NCBI GenBank assembly: GCA_958009085.1
Contig: OY253685.1
Span: 372,001-436,000, forward strand
Direction: 5' to 3'
Origin: Protoeuglena noctilucae
Taxonomy: Eukaryota
Length of the DNA stretch: 64,000 nt
Part shown: one piece after another, positions 34,854 through 49,011 of the stretch
Layout of the letters: each line of letters begins with the position of its first letter
Numbering within the stretch: the first letter of the stretch is position 1
Made by a program: the position numbers and the translations under genes
Notes under the pieces: generated by a model
What the model saw: only the letters and a program-made list of their open reading frames with translations
Told to the model about the DNA's origin: nothing
Database searches by the model: none

Positions 34854-37800
34854 TCACGCCGAGGCCGTGAGCCGGATCTTGAGGCGGTTCGTGTACTCGG
34901 GGGACTTGCCCCGCCGCGCCTTGGGGACCAGCTGCTTGAGGTTGCGCAGCGTCGGCGACGTGGGCTTGGCGAACAGCCGCAGGGAGATGGTGCCGTCCTT
35001 GATGGAGAAGCTCCCGTCGGGGTTGGGCCGGACCACGTCGTCGAGGCGCTGCGGGGGTCGAGCAGGGGCTGGGTCGTTCAACGACCGTACTTGGCCCGGC
35101 ACCTACACGTTCTGAAACCTGTCCATGCGATTGGCAACCGTGCGTGGCAGCTGCGGCCCCGTGTCAGGCAGGGCGGCGTCTCACCACGGCCGCCCACGCC
35201 CGCACGGACTCCTTGCCCTTCTTCCTGTCTTTCACGTGAAGGATCTCCAGTATGACGGCCATGCCCGGCTGCAGCAGGTGCAGCGGCGTCTCCATCTGCA
35301 GACACAATCCCACACGTGCATGGGGCCGGCACGCAGCGGTGCCCCCCCGGCTGGGCCCGCCCAAGCCGCGTCACGGCGCCCGCGGCTCACCTTGATCTCA
35401 ACCCCCACGTGCCAGTTGGCCGGCCCCGTGGGCTGCGCCTCGTTGGTGCGCTGCGGGTTCTCCACCCGCACCCCCTCGACGTTGACCACCGACATGACCA
35501 CGAAGGGCTTGGCCATGTTGTCCTTCCCCGGGTCGCACGACAGCTCCCCCAGGAGCACCCGCAGCTGCACGTCCCCCGGCACCGCAGGCCCGAACCCGTC
35601 CGCCCCCCCCGACGCCGTCGCCGTCTCGCTGGGGGGGTAGTAGACCCCGTTCCCGGCGCGGCTCGACACCACCGAGTCGGGCGCCACGTCGAACGAGGAC
35701 CCGCGCTGCGGCCAGTCCGCGCCCGTGTCCCCGCTGTAGCCGCCGCTGTGGGGCGCCCCCTGCCCCACGCCCCCGCCCTCCGCGAGCCAGTTGGCCGCCG
35801 CGTCGGTGGACCCGAACCGCTGGAGCGCCACGGACGCGTCCGCCTCGCTGAAGCCCATCCCCACCAGCTGCTGCACCTGGGGCGAGGGCGCGGCCCCGTC
35901 CCCCGCCGTGGGCGTCTCCCCCGGCCAGCCCCAACCCCCCGCGGATGCCTCCGGCGTCGCGGGCGCGTCCCAGCTCTGGCCCGCGTGCGGCGCGTCCCCC
36001 GCCAGGATGCGGTGCCGCTGCGCCGGGGGGATCGTCCCCGGCAGCGTGCGGCCCTCCTTGGACGCCTTGAGCAGGTACATGAAGAGCAGGAAGCTGTCCG
36101 CGTCCAGCTGGCTCTGACCCGAGCCCCCGGACGCCAGCGCGAACGTCGGGGGGAACAGGTCCCCCGGCAGCTTGGCCCGCTCAAACATGGCCAGCGCGTC
36201 CTGCCGGGACACGCCCCCCTGCGCGCGGTACACCTTGTCGAAGGCGTCCACGCACCGCTGACGCTCCGCAGCGCCTAGCGGCGGCCACGTCTCCAGGCCG
36301 TCGCCCTCCCGGGCCGGGCTCGGTGCCCCGGACCCGGCCGGGAACGACTCCCACTGTGCGTCGTCGAAGCCGCCACCGCCACCCCCGGCGGCCCCGCCCC
36401 CGAACTGCGCCCATGGGTCGTCGTCGACAGGCGCCGGCGCCGCGGCCCCGCCCCACCCGCCCGCCTGGGCAGCGGGCCCCGCTCCCCCCTGGGGCACCGG
36501 CACCCCTCCGGCGCCCGCCCCGGCGCGCATGTCCCCCACTTGGCGCTGCAAGTCCCGGACCTGCGCTTCCAGGTCCTGCTTCTCCCGGCGCAACCGCGCC
36601 ACGTCGCTCATCAGCGCGTCCCTCTCCCTCTGCAGCGACCCCACGTCGCTACCCCCGTGCCCCCCAGCCACGTCGAACTCCACGCTGCCCATGGCCAGCC
36701 CCGCACCCGCGCCCCCGCCCGAACCGTGGCCACCCCGCAGATGATCCTGGCTCGCGGGTGCTTGGGGCGGCACCAGCGCGTTGGCGCCAGAGTCCCACGC
36801 GCTGCTCCCCAGCAGAGAGTCAGCTCCCGTCAGGGGGGCGCTCGTGGCCGGGGCGCCGAATGTGGCGTCGAAATCCGTGAAAGGGTCCGCCGCAGGCGGC
36901 GCCTGCGCCGTTGACCGGCCTTTGGATGGATCCAGCTGCGGGGGCAAGCACAGACGGCCGTGGACCTGCAAGCACACACCGCCAAGATCGCCGGCGGCGG
37001 GCCTCGGTTACCTCGGAGAAGAAGTCGGCGTCCAACGGGGCGTGTATGGCCCCGGGGGCTGCCGCGCGGTGGCCGCCCAGGCTCCCCATGGTGGCCTGGC
37101 TCATCCAGTCGGGCCCCTCGGCGGCGAACCCGACAGGCGCGCCCACGGACTCGGCCCGATTGCCCTCGGACGCCTCCACGCTGCCACGGAGGGGCCCGTC
37201 GTTCTCCTGTGGCTCGCGGCGGAGCGGGGTGAGTCCCCCTGACGCCGGCTACCGGGCTCGCTGAGCGAGAGCAGGAGACGCAAGCACCCTTACCATGGCA
37301 CCGACACCCGCGGACAAGAGGTTGGTGGGGTGGCTGAGCTGGTTGTCCCACGACGCGTCGTGCGTGGGCCGGTGCCCGATGCCGTCGGCGTGATCGGGGG
37401 GTTGTGCCGAGGGTCTGCGGCGTTGAAGAAGGGGGAGGATGGGTTACGTGAGACCCGCGGCGATGGCTGGCCCAGCGCTTAAATGCCTACGGCAGGGAGC
37501 ACGCACCCCTGGGTCGGTTCAGGCTCTGTTCCCGGGGCCGCGTGCGATTCGCCCTTGCCGCCGTCTCTGTCGTCCCCGCCAGTCTGCGGATTCGTCTCCA
37601 GTTCCTCCAGGACCATCCTGCGCGCACGGCGGGCAGGTGCTCTCGCGCACGTCGCGACGTGCTGCGAGGCTACGGCCAGGGCGGGGTCGCGGGCCCCTCA
37701 CCGCAGCGACATGCGGAAGTCTTCCAACCCCGTGATGTACTTGAGTTCGCCATGCGTCGCCGCTTTCCAGACCGTGGAGAGGAACTTGCACTGGAGTTTG

Positions 37801-38315
37801 GAGCCCACGTAGAAACTCTTGGCGTCCGCAGGGCCGATCCTGCCGTCCCCGTCGCCATCTGCGGCAGGCACGGGAAGTTGAGCCCGGTATGCGGCCCACT
37901 GCGACCCTGGCGCAAGAGACGGCCGCAGCGACGCGCGCGCGGCTCCCACGCGCACCGGCAATCTCGAATGCCCTCTCGAGCAGGGCGTCGTCGTGAATCG
38001 CCCTCCGCAGGCCCTCCACTGCAGAGGATAGCGAAATGGAGCTGGTGAGAGGCACGGGGAGTCGCGGGAGGCCCAGGGTTCCCGGGGGGGACATGCCGCA
38101 GTGGGCACGAAGGAGGCCGCGATGGCGCCCGTGACACCACGTCTGGGGGCCACGCGGGCCGGGGACGTAGCGCACGACAAGATCCGCAATGCAGGCACGC
38201 TGGGCGCGGACGACGGCTCGCGCTGCTGGCGATCTCGCCGCGGGTCACCCCGGCCCATGCCGCAGTAGCGCTGGCCAGAGGACGCACCCGACCAATCAAA
38301 GCCCTCCGCCTCCAT
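34854..38315 (-). CDS. EH-domain protein with coiled coil, UBA and C-terminal AIDA-type C2-like domain
   Basis: EH1 ADGDGDGRIGPADAKSF...LSTVWK. EH2 FERAKLPGDLFPPTFALA...FLLFMYL. DPF/DDPW motifs. UBA VQQLVGMGFSEADASVALQRF...AAANWL. C2-like PFVVMSVVNVEG...LEILHVK...LRLFAKPT. Confidence 0.8.
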
Positions 38316-38520
38316 TTTCCAAGGACCCCGCTTGCGCGATGGGAGGCCGGCGTCGACCGGGCGCGGAAAAGTGACCGCGAGGGCCTCTCCCGACCCCGCG
38401 ACGGATGCCAGCCGCCTTTCAACCGTTGACGGCCGCCAGGAGACGGCGAGGTCCTCTTTTGCGCGGCTGCGACGTGATCACTGGCACAAAAACCGCCAGA
38501 ACATAGAGAGAGCACAGAAA

Positions 38521-39805
38521 TCACTGCCTCCGAGTGAAATCGTCCCATCCCTTCGGCGGCCGCCACAGGGACTTCGCTGCCTCATCGGACAGGCGCTGGC
38601 GGCCGGATGGGTCGACGGCCCCCTCCCACCCCTGGCGATCCATGGCACGGTTGCTAAGCTCGTCCGCACGCGTATTCTGAGCTCTGCGTCCGTTGAAATC
38701 GAAGAGTCTTCGTCAGCAGCGGGAACAGGGGCCACGCTGGTGACGTCGTGACATTCGTGACATGGTGGCCCAGGTGGCACCTGGGCACGTGGCGGATCGA
38801 CGCCGAGTCGAAGCGGCCCATCAGGGCTTGCGCCTCATCCCGCAGAACAGACAGGCCGTGCTGATTGCACTGCCATTTCCCCTTGAGCTGTTCGACCACC
38901 AGTTTGGAGTCCCTGCGTGCAAAGCGAGGACATGTGTAGGAGACCTGACAGCGAACAGGCGCGACGGCCACTCCTGGCGGGGAGCTCAGCTCGTAACCGC
39001 TCCGCACAGCACCGCACCCTTCAATCTCGAGCTTCTTGATGCCCATCGCCGCGGCACAGCGCAGGCCGGCGACGAGGGCCATGTATTCTGCCCGGTTGTT
39101 CGTCGTCTGCTCCGTAAAGCCGGCCATGGCAGCCACCTCCTGGCCCTTCGAATCCATGATCTGAGTGCGGCCAAGCCCCCAGACGTGAACAAGCTGCCAC
39201 CCCCAGCAGCGCAGCAGCGCTCTCAGTAAGGATAACCATGCCGCGCCCTCACCACAGCCCCACTGCCGGCAACACCCGTATGGGAGTTGGACCTGCTCCC
39301 GCCGTCGAACATCAGCTTGTACACCTCGCTGTGGGCCGGCTTCTCTGGCGCACTGCGAGGCACTCCCGCGGGGCTCTCGTCGGGGCTGTCCGCTCGAGCC
39401 GTGTGGGACGGAGGGACCGAAGATACGTGCCGGCAACTTGGCCCCGACTCATGGCGCTGCCCGCCTGGAAACACCGCCGGCCTCTTCGCCGATGTGTATG
39501 TGCCGCTCGTTCCCGCCGCGAACGCCCTGGCATCCGCCTCGCTGTCGAACCGCTTGTGAACAGCCCCAGGAAACCCCTTAACCCGCGCTTCCGCCTCCGC
39601 CCACGACGAATAGACCCCGACCTCGCGTCCCTGCTGCACGGCGTAGTACGCCTCGCGCGGCCGCTTTCCACCCATCCCCTCCGCGCCTGGATCCGGCACA
39701 GCACGATGCCCTCCCACCGCCTGCACCCTCGGTAAGCGAAGCGCGCGAGACGCGAGGGTCGGGGGAGCCCAGCGCCACAGCGGGACGTGCGAGAGGCGGG
39801 GCATG
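38521..39805 (-). CDS. RNH1: Host RNase H1: hybrid-binding domain plus archaeal-type RNase H domain, with probable organellar transit peptide
   Basis: YYAVQQGREVGVYSSWAEAEARVKGFPGAVHKRF, LMFDGGSRSN, TNNRAEYMAL, EGDSKLVVEQL, HVPRAQNTRADELSNRAMD. Confidence 0.9.
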
Positions 39806-39939
39806 CGAAGGGAGCGCGAGGGTGGAGGACAGGAACAACGCAAATACATGCCACGCAGCAGACTGGCTGGCGGGCAACAGGGGCGCGAGATAATCGCACG
39901 TGGAGAGAGCAGTCAGTTGCCGCGCCAGAGCTGCGACTT

Positions 39940-42900
39940 ATGGAAATTTTCGCGCGGGATGCCCCGCCTGCCGCACATCCCAGACCCATCGGGGCGCAGC
40001 TAGCGGGGGGGCTGACATGGATGGGTGGCAGGTTGGCGCTCCTGCCCGCTCGATGAGAGGCCGCACTTCTTGACGTGCTGCCGGTCTATCTTACCGATCG
40101 TTTCGCCCCCGCAGGATGAACTTGGTTCGCCGACATGGCGCCTGTCCGATGCCTTTGAACGCGAGATGCTTCGGCTGGTCGGGTGCGGGCCTCGCGTCCG
40201 CGCACGCTGGGGCGCTCTGGTTTGCTGTCGATGTGCCCGTGGCTGCGTCATCCCCTCCCGCTATTCGGCTCGCAGGGAGGGGCGTCTCTCGCTCCGGGAC
40301 CTCACGACGAGCCTGGGCCCGGCGCTGACGAGCACGACCGACGCGCGGCGGGCCGACGGTACGCGCCTCCTCTCCCAGACGCTCGCGCGGTGTCCATCCG
40401 CCGCGGTGTCGTCCAATGAGCTCCACTTCTTCGCGGAATTCTTCGCCTCGCGGCTGAAGGACATGGCCTGCCTGGAGGGCGTCCTTAGAGGACTCGTCGC
40501 CCTAGGTGCTCGACTGCGACTCTCAGAAGCCACCCCGCCGCCGGGTCCCCCGAGCGTCAGCTTTCCCTGGTCATGCTTGCGATGGATGCTTTCTCCCCCG
40601 CCACAGTTCGGCGCCGGGAAAGGCCCGACATCGCGCCCCTGTCTGCTGACGACGCGAGGGAGGTGGCAAAGCAGTTCTTGACCGTCGTCCATCTCCCGTC
40701 AGGTGGGATGACGCGCGCATGCAATACTGGATACGGCATAGGGGCTCGTGCTCCACCCGCGGCACACCCCCGAGCCTTCTGCAGTGGCGTTCGGGCCGAG
40801 GCTCGCGGGCCTGGAGCTGCTGCTGCTCTTGATTCGGGGATACGGGTGAGCCTGGGCTGCTGTGCGTCGGGCTGGCGTGTCGCCTCAGCTTCGTGCTTCA
40901 CAGGGATGAGTCGCCCCTGCCCGTGCTCCCAGGGACGCGCTGATGCAGAGCGGTGTGGACGTCTTTGACGCCACAATCACTCAGATTGACGGAGAGAGAG
41001 ACCCGCGGTGCCTCTTGGTCGTCGCGGACGTCCTGGAGGCCCTGTCCCAGGTACGCAGCCGATCCTCCACAGCACCGCGTCGAATGAGCAGCCGGGGTGG
41101 CGCCGAGTCGCATGCGGCGAGCGAAGCTCGACAAAACGCCGCAGCGTACGTGCCTGGGCTCGCTCCTTCGCCGCAGGTGTCCCCCAGCCTCCAGCCCGCC
41201 TACGAGAGCGGGGGCGGCACCGTCCACGAACTCCACGAGGTCCTCAGCGTGTACTTCCCCGTCAAGTTCACGCCATTGAAGGACACGGGTGCGCACGGCG
41301 AGGTCACGCCGCATGGGTTGTGGGCTGCGCGGTTGGCAAGGGCTGGGCCTGAACCCTGGCTGCAGACATCACGAGGGAGGGCGTCAAGGCGGCAGTGCAC
41401 CGCGCGCTCACCGCGCTGCCTCAGTTCCGGCCCTGCCTCGTGCCGTGGCTGTTCGAGAAGCTCCAGGGCCGGGAGGACGTGGCCGAGGTGCTGGACCTCC
41501 TCGCGCACTGCGTGGAGCGGTTCGGGGCGTCAGAGAAGGCGACGAGCGAGCGACACGACGCAGCTGCCCCGGTGGGACCTGCTGCAGGAAGTTTGAACGA
41601 GCTTGTTGTCTGAACTTGTGACTTGCAGGGCATGGGGGACCATGAGGACGCGCTGTGGGCGGCGCTGCGGTCCGAGATCACCCTCGCCTACTCCGAGGGC
41701 CTGGTGGCATCCGAGGCGCAGGCGCGCCGCGTCACGGCGGCCGCGGCGGAGGCGTCCTTTCAGAGGGCCATTCGGTGGGTGCCCGCGCCATTGGCAGCAG
41801 GGGCTGATGTTTGGGCCGTTGGCGCATCACAGATGGCAGACGCCTCGCCACCGCAGGGCGGGGATGACGGGCCTGGTGCAGAGGGCGCTGCGCGACGCGC
41901 TCCTGATGCGCGAGATGCGGGAGGTGCTCGAGCGTGCGGGCCACTGGCAGTACGAGGAAGACAGGAAGCTCGAAGGGCGGGTGGCGGCGGCGGGGTCCCT
42001 GCTGCGCGCCCTGTGCGGAGGATCGCTGGCCTCATGTTCTCTGACGCTTGCGGCCGTGGTGCCTGTGGTGGTGGACGTCGCGCAGGCGAGACTGCAGCGT
42101 TTTGTGGAACGGCTTGCCCCTGTGCGGTGGCGTGCCTGGCTGACAAAAGACTGCCACGTGAGTCTTTGCTATTGCAGAGCACGAAGAAGAGGCTGGCAGC
42201 CTGGCCCCAGCAGAGCACCCAAGCTCTGCAGTGGACCCTGGCGATCATTCAGTCCCTCTGCGACGGCATCGGCATCGCCATCGAGGCATCCTCGGGTGTC
42301 AGTGACGCCGAGCACGCACGCGACGTCGCCGACGCCCTGGCTGCCCTCGCCAGGCGAGCTCAGTGATGCAGCAGACGGTCTTTGCGTGACAAACCCTTGC
42401 CTCATGGCGTCCACATCCCTGTCCCTGCGCCTGGGACTACATGCCCATGCTGTGTGTCAACGCTTGACAACTACAAATGCAATCTCCCACGCACTTGCAG
42501 GGCTGTGACGGCAGACGAGGTCGCTGCGGCGCTGTGCGCCCTGGCCCGGACCCCCCTGCAGGTCCTGGCGTCCTCCCTGGATGTCCTCGAGTCGATCGTC
42601 GTCCTGTCAGGCCGCGTCTCCGTTAATCCCAAGCACGCCGAGGACGTCCTGCTCCTGGCCTCCGCGCATGTCGTCTCGATTTCGGACCGGTGGAAAGACA
42701 CGAGTGCTGGGCCTGACGCCACCAACAGGGCCCCCGACGTGGCCCAGCAACTCTCTGCATGCACTGGCGCGCTCGTCGGGGCCCTGTCCAAGATCGGGAC
42801 CCTGGCCAAGGTGCTCCTGCAGCCCCTGGCCGGGGTCCTGGACCGTCGCATGACCTCGTCCCTGCGCCCGGCGCTGTCGTGCCTGGAGGTGCTGGCCTCG

Positions 42901-44932
42901 TGCGATGCACGGGAAGCAGCACAGGGGGCTGTCACGTCCATCCTCGCCGCCGTCGAAACCACATGCCAAGGTGCCTCGTGCGATCAGAATGCCCAGGCCC
43001 ATCTATGTTGGGTGCGTGAGCCTCACACCAGCCAGTGGCCCCTCGCTATCGCTGCAGGGGAATGGGGCGCGGGCTCGGCGCCGCGTCAGGCGGCCATCGT
43101 GGCGCTGCTCCATTCGCTCCGGAGGGTGGCTGGGCGATGCCACCGGGGCGGTGCTTTGTTGCAAAGCATGCCCCTGTCGGTGCTGAGGGCCCTCTACAGG
43201 AACCCCCTCCCCCTCTGCCAAGCGCGACAGGAACTCTTGGAAGCAGGGGCTCTGGCTGCTTTTCATGGCATGGCCATTTTGGAGGAGCAGGCACAGGCGA
43301 GGTGGTTGATGGGATGACGCAAACTGGTGGGAGCTGTCAATGTGCCACTAGTTCTGCGTAGACCTTTACTCTTCTCTGTTCCTCCGCAGCTCGAGGCAGT
43401 GCGCGCTGCATCCGCCACTCTTGTGGGCGACACGTCGGCGGGCGTGGCGGTGGCGGCGGGGATCGTGGCCGGTGCAGATTTTGCCGAGGCCTTGCAAGAG
43501 GTCGGCCCGGGTGCGCTGGACGGTCTGCATCGTCTCAGCACGCTCGAGGGACCGTCAGTCGCCGTGGCTGCGGCGTCCCAAGCCCTGGCCGCCACGCTGG
43601 CGAGACGGGGTGGCAGTGACCCCGTCATCTCAGAGGAGGTCCGCAAGCTGACGAGCGCCGTGCAGCAGAGTGCCCCGGGCGCGCAAACAGCTCGCTCCTG
43701 TCACGCGCTGGCGCTCCTGGCCGGCGCCCTGGCTGCAAGTGGCCGCGACCCCTCTGCCGCGATCGATGCGCTTGTCCATGCGTGCATCGCGGGGTGTGAG
43801 GACGGGTCCAGCAGTAGCTCTCTGCGGGCCTGCTCCGCACTGCCGTCCCTGTTTGTCATGCACTCCCTGCCAGGGTGAGGCCGCCAGGGTGCTGGAGAGG
43901 GCCCTTACTTTATCGTCACAAGCGACGTTCCGACTCTGGCGCTCTTGCATCCGCGCAGGGCCCTCCTGTCGTCCCTTCCCAGGGCCTTTCTGTGGCAGCA
44001 GCGCCTGCTCTCCCAGACGCTTGGCGCCACGGCGTCAGCGGCCGGGGACCCTGCCTTGTCGCTCTGTGCCCTGCACGTTGTGGCTGGCTGCGAGTGGGCA
44101 GCAGTGAAGGCGGATTTCAAGGCGAGACTCGCGACAGGTGCTGGAGCGACCACGCACGAGCTTGCTAGCCTTAGTGACTGCTGTTCGTTCCCCGCAGAGG
44201 TGCTGGCCAATGCTGGTCCGGGGACTTGCAGCTGTCCAGTTGCTGCTGGCCGAGCCCAGAGACGAAGACGTCGACCTGTATCCAAGCCTGGTGAGTGCCG
44301 CTCGTGCTCTTGCACGCCGTGGAGACGGCAGAGCAGGGAACACAGCTGCCAGTGGCGGGCCCCATGCCGTCGCGTCGTGTCGCCCAGGTTGAGCCAGGGT
44401 CGTCGACCAGGCCGGCGAGCGTTGAGACCGCTACCATAGCCGGCCTCAAGCACGTCATGGCTGGTCTGCGCGACGAGGCTGTCCGGTGAGGGGCAGGAGG
44501 TGTGACCGCGCTTCAACAATAACGATTGCTGATGCTAGTCAGACCTAAGCTGACTCCCTTTTCCTTTAAGAAGGAACGCGCTGCTGAGTCCCGAGGAGCC
44601 TGACCTCGACGCGCTCGTGCATGGCCTGCACGGAGCCTCGCGACAAGCACGCAGCGCCAGCATCCGCCAGGCGGCTCTGGAGGCGCTGCGGTGAGTGCTG
44701 GACGGCGAAACAAGACCTGCCTGCATTCGTGAGCTGAGTTTCCGCACACATGACCCCCGCGATAAGCCGTCCTCGCAGGGAGCTGGCGACCGCCGCGCAC
44801 AGCGCTGGGAGGTGGTCGCGGGTGGCCAGGGCCCGAGCAGCAGTGCTGCAGTCGCTGGACGCGTCGTTGGATGACCCGAAACGTCGCGTCCGGCTGCTCG
44901 CCGTACAGTGCAAGGAGGCCTGGGGGGTTTGA
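39940..44932 (+). CDS. MMS19: MMS19/MET18 HEAT-repeat protein (multi-exon)
   Basis: LTTSLGPALTST, FFASRLKD, IDGERDPRCLL, VYFPVKFTP, C-terminal LDDPKRRVRLLAVQCKEAW. Start is uncertain. Confidence 0.85.
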
Positions 44933-44958
44933 TCGGCACTGATAGGAAAGACAGGTCA

Positions 44959-47394
44959 CTATGGCCGTTGCCCAAGCCCCGCGTAGGCACCTAGGGGCAG
45001 AGCGCCACTGCTCCGCCGTCTTACCGCTAGTCGATGGGCACGCTCAGTTGAGTCACAACATCGTGGCAGAATTCCGTCTTGCGACCCTCCGGCGGCGGCG
45101 GCATGATGTCCTGCGGCGGGAGGCCCCAGCACAAGGTATTCAGGCCAAGCATGTAAGGAAGCACATTTGCATGGCTGACTCCACCACCACCCCGGCCCCG
45201 GATTACCTGCGGCCACCGGTAGTTGCTCAAAAAGTCCACGAAGAGCATGTGCGTGACGTTGAAGGTCGTGTAGTCTGGATACTGCCGCGCCGCCACGAGC
45301 TTCTTCTCCTTGCGCCCCTCCCACCAGAAGTAGAATGTCCCGAAGATCCAGGCCATGCCCTCCGAGACGATCTGGTTGGTGAGGAAGCTGATGAAGAAGC
45401 CGCCCAGATGGGGCTGCGGGATGAGGCCCTGGCTGGCCGCATTGTCCAGCCTGCGCACCACGATGACGCCCGCGACGATGGCGGCGAGGGTGCTAGTGAA
45501 GCAGGAGAACAGGAGGAGCGAGCGGGAGAGGGAGGTCTGGCACCACTCGAGCATAGGGCCGCGACCGGTGCAGCAGGTGGCGGCCGCGCTCTTCGTGAGG
45601 ACCAGGACAAACACGAAGGAGCAGGCACCGAAGAGCACGGTTAAGCCCCGGTAGCGGGTCGAGGTGGGGCTGCCCGCGCCCGGGCGCGTGCGCTCGTAGT
45701 ACAGGATCGAGGCGAGGAACATGTTGCATGCCAGGCGCGCCTGCGGGCAGCATGCGGGAATTCAGCTGTGGGCCACGACTGTGCACCACCGCAGCCCTCG
45801 CAGTCCCAGCCGCATGCCATGTCCCCAGGTCATGCCGCGACCTCACCCACGTGACGAAGAGTCGCTCGTTCCTCGTGAGCGAGTGGAACCGGCTCGCGAA
45901 CCGCATACTCGTGAAGGTGCACGTGGACGAGTTCATCACGAAGATGAGCCAGTTGGCCACGGTGGACTCGCTCCACAGGCACCGCTGGCGGACGAGCATG
46001 TACTGCACGAAGCGCTCGGAGATGTACCCCCACTCCTTCCCCTTGAAGCCCATGTACCCCGCAGCAGAGAGCATGTGACCACGCAGCACGATCTGGTTGA
46101 TGTACCGGTCCACGTACCCCACGTCGCCGTACCGGGAGAGACCCGGGAGCGCCTCCTCCGTCTCCACCCATTCCCTGCAAGCACGGGGTCGCGGGGCATG
46201 CCCAGTCCGCACGTGGCAAGCGAGGGCAGGGGGCGTGCAGCCAGGGCCCTCCTGCGACGGAGTGCCAACCTGCGCACGACCACGCCCTTCCGGTTGTCGA
46301 ACACGCGGATGGGCATGAGCTTCGGGTTGATGCGGCGGCTGCTCAGCAGGAGCTGCAGGACGTGGATGTTCCACCCGTCGTGCCATTGCAGCCCCAGCAC
46401 GAACCACGAGTAGAGCACCTCGGTGGCCGCCTCGCTGCGGCAGAACAGGTACATGAAGGGGGAGGCCACGCTGATGGCGTAGAGGACGAAGGGCGTGAAG
46501 AGGAGCAGCGCCACGATGGAGCGGTAGAACGCGTAGCCCCCCGTGGGGCGGCCCGCCTCGTGCGCCTGCCGCTCCCACCGCAGCAGCAGCCAGTTCTGGG
46601 GCATGAGGTGGAAGATCACTAGCGCCAGCACCTGTGGTGGACCACGGCAGGTGCAAGTCGTGCTGGGCTCAGGCACGCAGCGCACCGCAGCTGATGCGCG
46701 GTCCCACACCCACCTTGTAGGGAACAATCAGGACGTAGTGGACGCCGATCACGGCCACGATTGCGATGGGCGCCTGGACAAATATCTGGATCATCCCCCC
46801 CAACTGCGTGCTGCTGACCGGCAGGTACTGCGCGCTGTACCACGGGCGCCCGCGCTCGTCCCGCTCTCCTCGACGGTCGTCCGCGTCCGTCAGCATGAGG
46901 ACTGCTTGCTGTCGCTGGACTTGGTCGCCCGGACGCCCGGAAGTAGCCCCTCTCGCCATTCGCGGGCTCGCCACCTCGACATCCTGGCTCTCCGGATCGA
47001 CAACACCCCGCGGTGGGCCCTCACTGCGCACGGGAGCGCCATATGGCGCGGGGATCCCCGAAGCCTGCGGGTGACATCGCAGCGGCTCAAATCGCTGCAG
47101 TGCTCCAAGCATGCCAGCGCGACCGCCCAGCCTCCGAGGCGGGTATCTTCCCTCCGCGCCGTCGTCAATGGCTTTTCCTGGCTCAAGGATGCTTTGCGTC
47201 ATTGTGGCGCGGCTCGCCTGGACGGTCCGCGTTCGGGCATACTGGGGGTGCCCCTGCACACCAGCAAGTTCTGGAGGGAAGCGCTCGCTGTCCGAGGCGC
47301 TTGGGCCGGGGTTGGCGGGGTTTCCTCCACCATAGTGCGGCGCTGGATACTTCTGGTCCGCGCCCTGCCAGCCCGTGGGCAGAAACGCTGGCAT
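44959..47394 (-). CDS. Multi-pass membrane protein of unknown function (spliced)
   Basis: Several hydrophobic segments in coding-biased exons at 45027-45722, 45850-46175, 46270-46632 and 46715-47394. Confidence 0.65.
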
Positions 47395-47676
47395 GCTTTG
47401 CTTTTCGGCTTTAACAGAGCTTAAAGACACTGCGCGGACATCGATACATGCATAGAAACGAGTGATAACGCGGTGGGCCAACAAACGCGCGTCCGCGGCC
47501 CGCGTCCCCTGGGGACCCCAGCCCTACCAGGTCATGTTAACTGGCGCTGCAGCACAAGCTGGCCCGAGACTTCTCCCTTGGACTCTTGACAGCCCTCAGC
47601 GCGCTTCTCATTATTGACGTGTCCCCGTATCGGGTCATAGCAGTACTGTCCCCAACCAGCAACACCGCTGCTAGCT

Positions 47677-49011
47677 CTAGCGGTAGTCTGGGTCGACGTA
47701 ACGCATGACGAGCTCCCACGTCAGCCATTGGCAGGCGTTGGCAGGGAACGCACGCAACATGACAGGCATCAAACCCGCGTAGAAACCACGATACCCACTC
47801 TCCTGGATGACGCGCCGGCAGTGCCACAGAGCACCCCTGCGAGGAGAGACCAGGTGCGTTGAGGGAACAGACACGGTCTCAGCGCCCAGCGGTACACCAG
47901 GCACCCGCAGGCACACCTGTCGTCGGCGTCCCCCGCGCGTGCAACCTGCACCCGACTCTTGCATATGTCGATGGGGAGGACGCACAGCCACATGAGCATG
48001 CCCGCCGTGCCCCCGCAGAGGACAGTCAACCCTATGTCACGGGCCAGGTCTGCTGCCGTCTGCTCTGACCGAGGGCCCAGGGCGCCCCTGCGCACCCCGA
48101 ATGTGCGCTGCAGAGCCTCATACGACGTGAAGTAAATGGAGTTCCCTGCAGGGACGATGGGCTATGCAGCGCCACGCTCCTATCAGCACGCGCACTCGGC
48201 TAGCATGGCACCCTTTTCACACGCACCTGGAATCTCTCGCATGGCGGTGCTGGGGAGGCCCCGAAAAAGGAATCGCCAGCCCTCCGTCCGGAGGCCGTCC
48301 ATAAAGCAGGACCACGAGGACGCGTGCAGGTCGTGCCCCGCCTGCATCCGGCACTTCACGAGCTCCGCCGGGCTCAGCACGGGGCTCAGGGCCGCACCGG
48401 CTGCTGCCGCGGCGACGGCCACTGCAGGCAGGGGCGCCTCGCTGGGGAGCTTGCTCGCCTGCAAGCCACCGCGGGGGGTACTTCGCTGCACGCAGCGGGA
48501 CACAACGACCACACACCACAGTGCTGACGACCTCACCAGCGTCACGGAGACGGAGTTGTAGACCACGTAGTTGACGCCCGTCTCCGCGGCCCCGCCCAGC
48601 ACGGGCGGCAACAGGCCCCTGAAAAGCGCTGCAGGCATGGAGCGGCCAGGTCTAAGCGGCGTGAGCTGTGCGTGGCCCTCGGCCTGGCAGCTGGGCCTTC
48701 ATAGCAGGGTCGGGCCCTTGGTCACCCGTCGAATCCCAGCCGTCCATGGTGGCGAAGCTACTCCGCGTGTGTTGTCGAACGCACCTCGTGGTCCCTCGTT
48801 GCGCACGATCTTGCGGAAGCAGTCCCAGGCGCCGGCATATTGGCCACGCTGGGCTTGTAGCCGGACCTTCACCGTGTCCAAGGGGAATCCCGTAAAAATA
48901 TTGGCCGCCCCCGCCAGGCACCCCACCACCGTGTGTACACCAGCTGTCTCGCCCTGCCGCTCCTCTGCAGGGGGCCCCGTCGGCGCCAGGGGCGAGCTTG
49001 GCCGGGCCATC
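47677..49011 (-). CDS. Mitochondrial carrier family protein (carnitine/basic amino acid carrier-like)
   Basis: Three PX(D/E)XXK signatures: PLDTVKVRLQ, PAELVKCRMQ, PIDICKSRVQ. Also RAFPANA. Confidence 0.9.
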
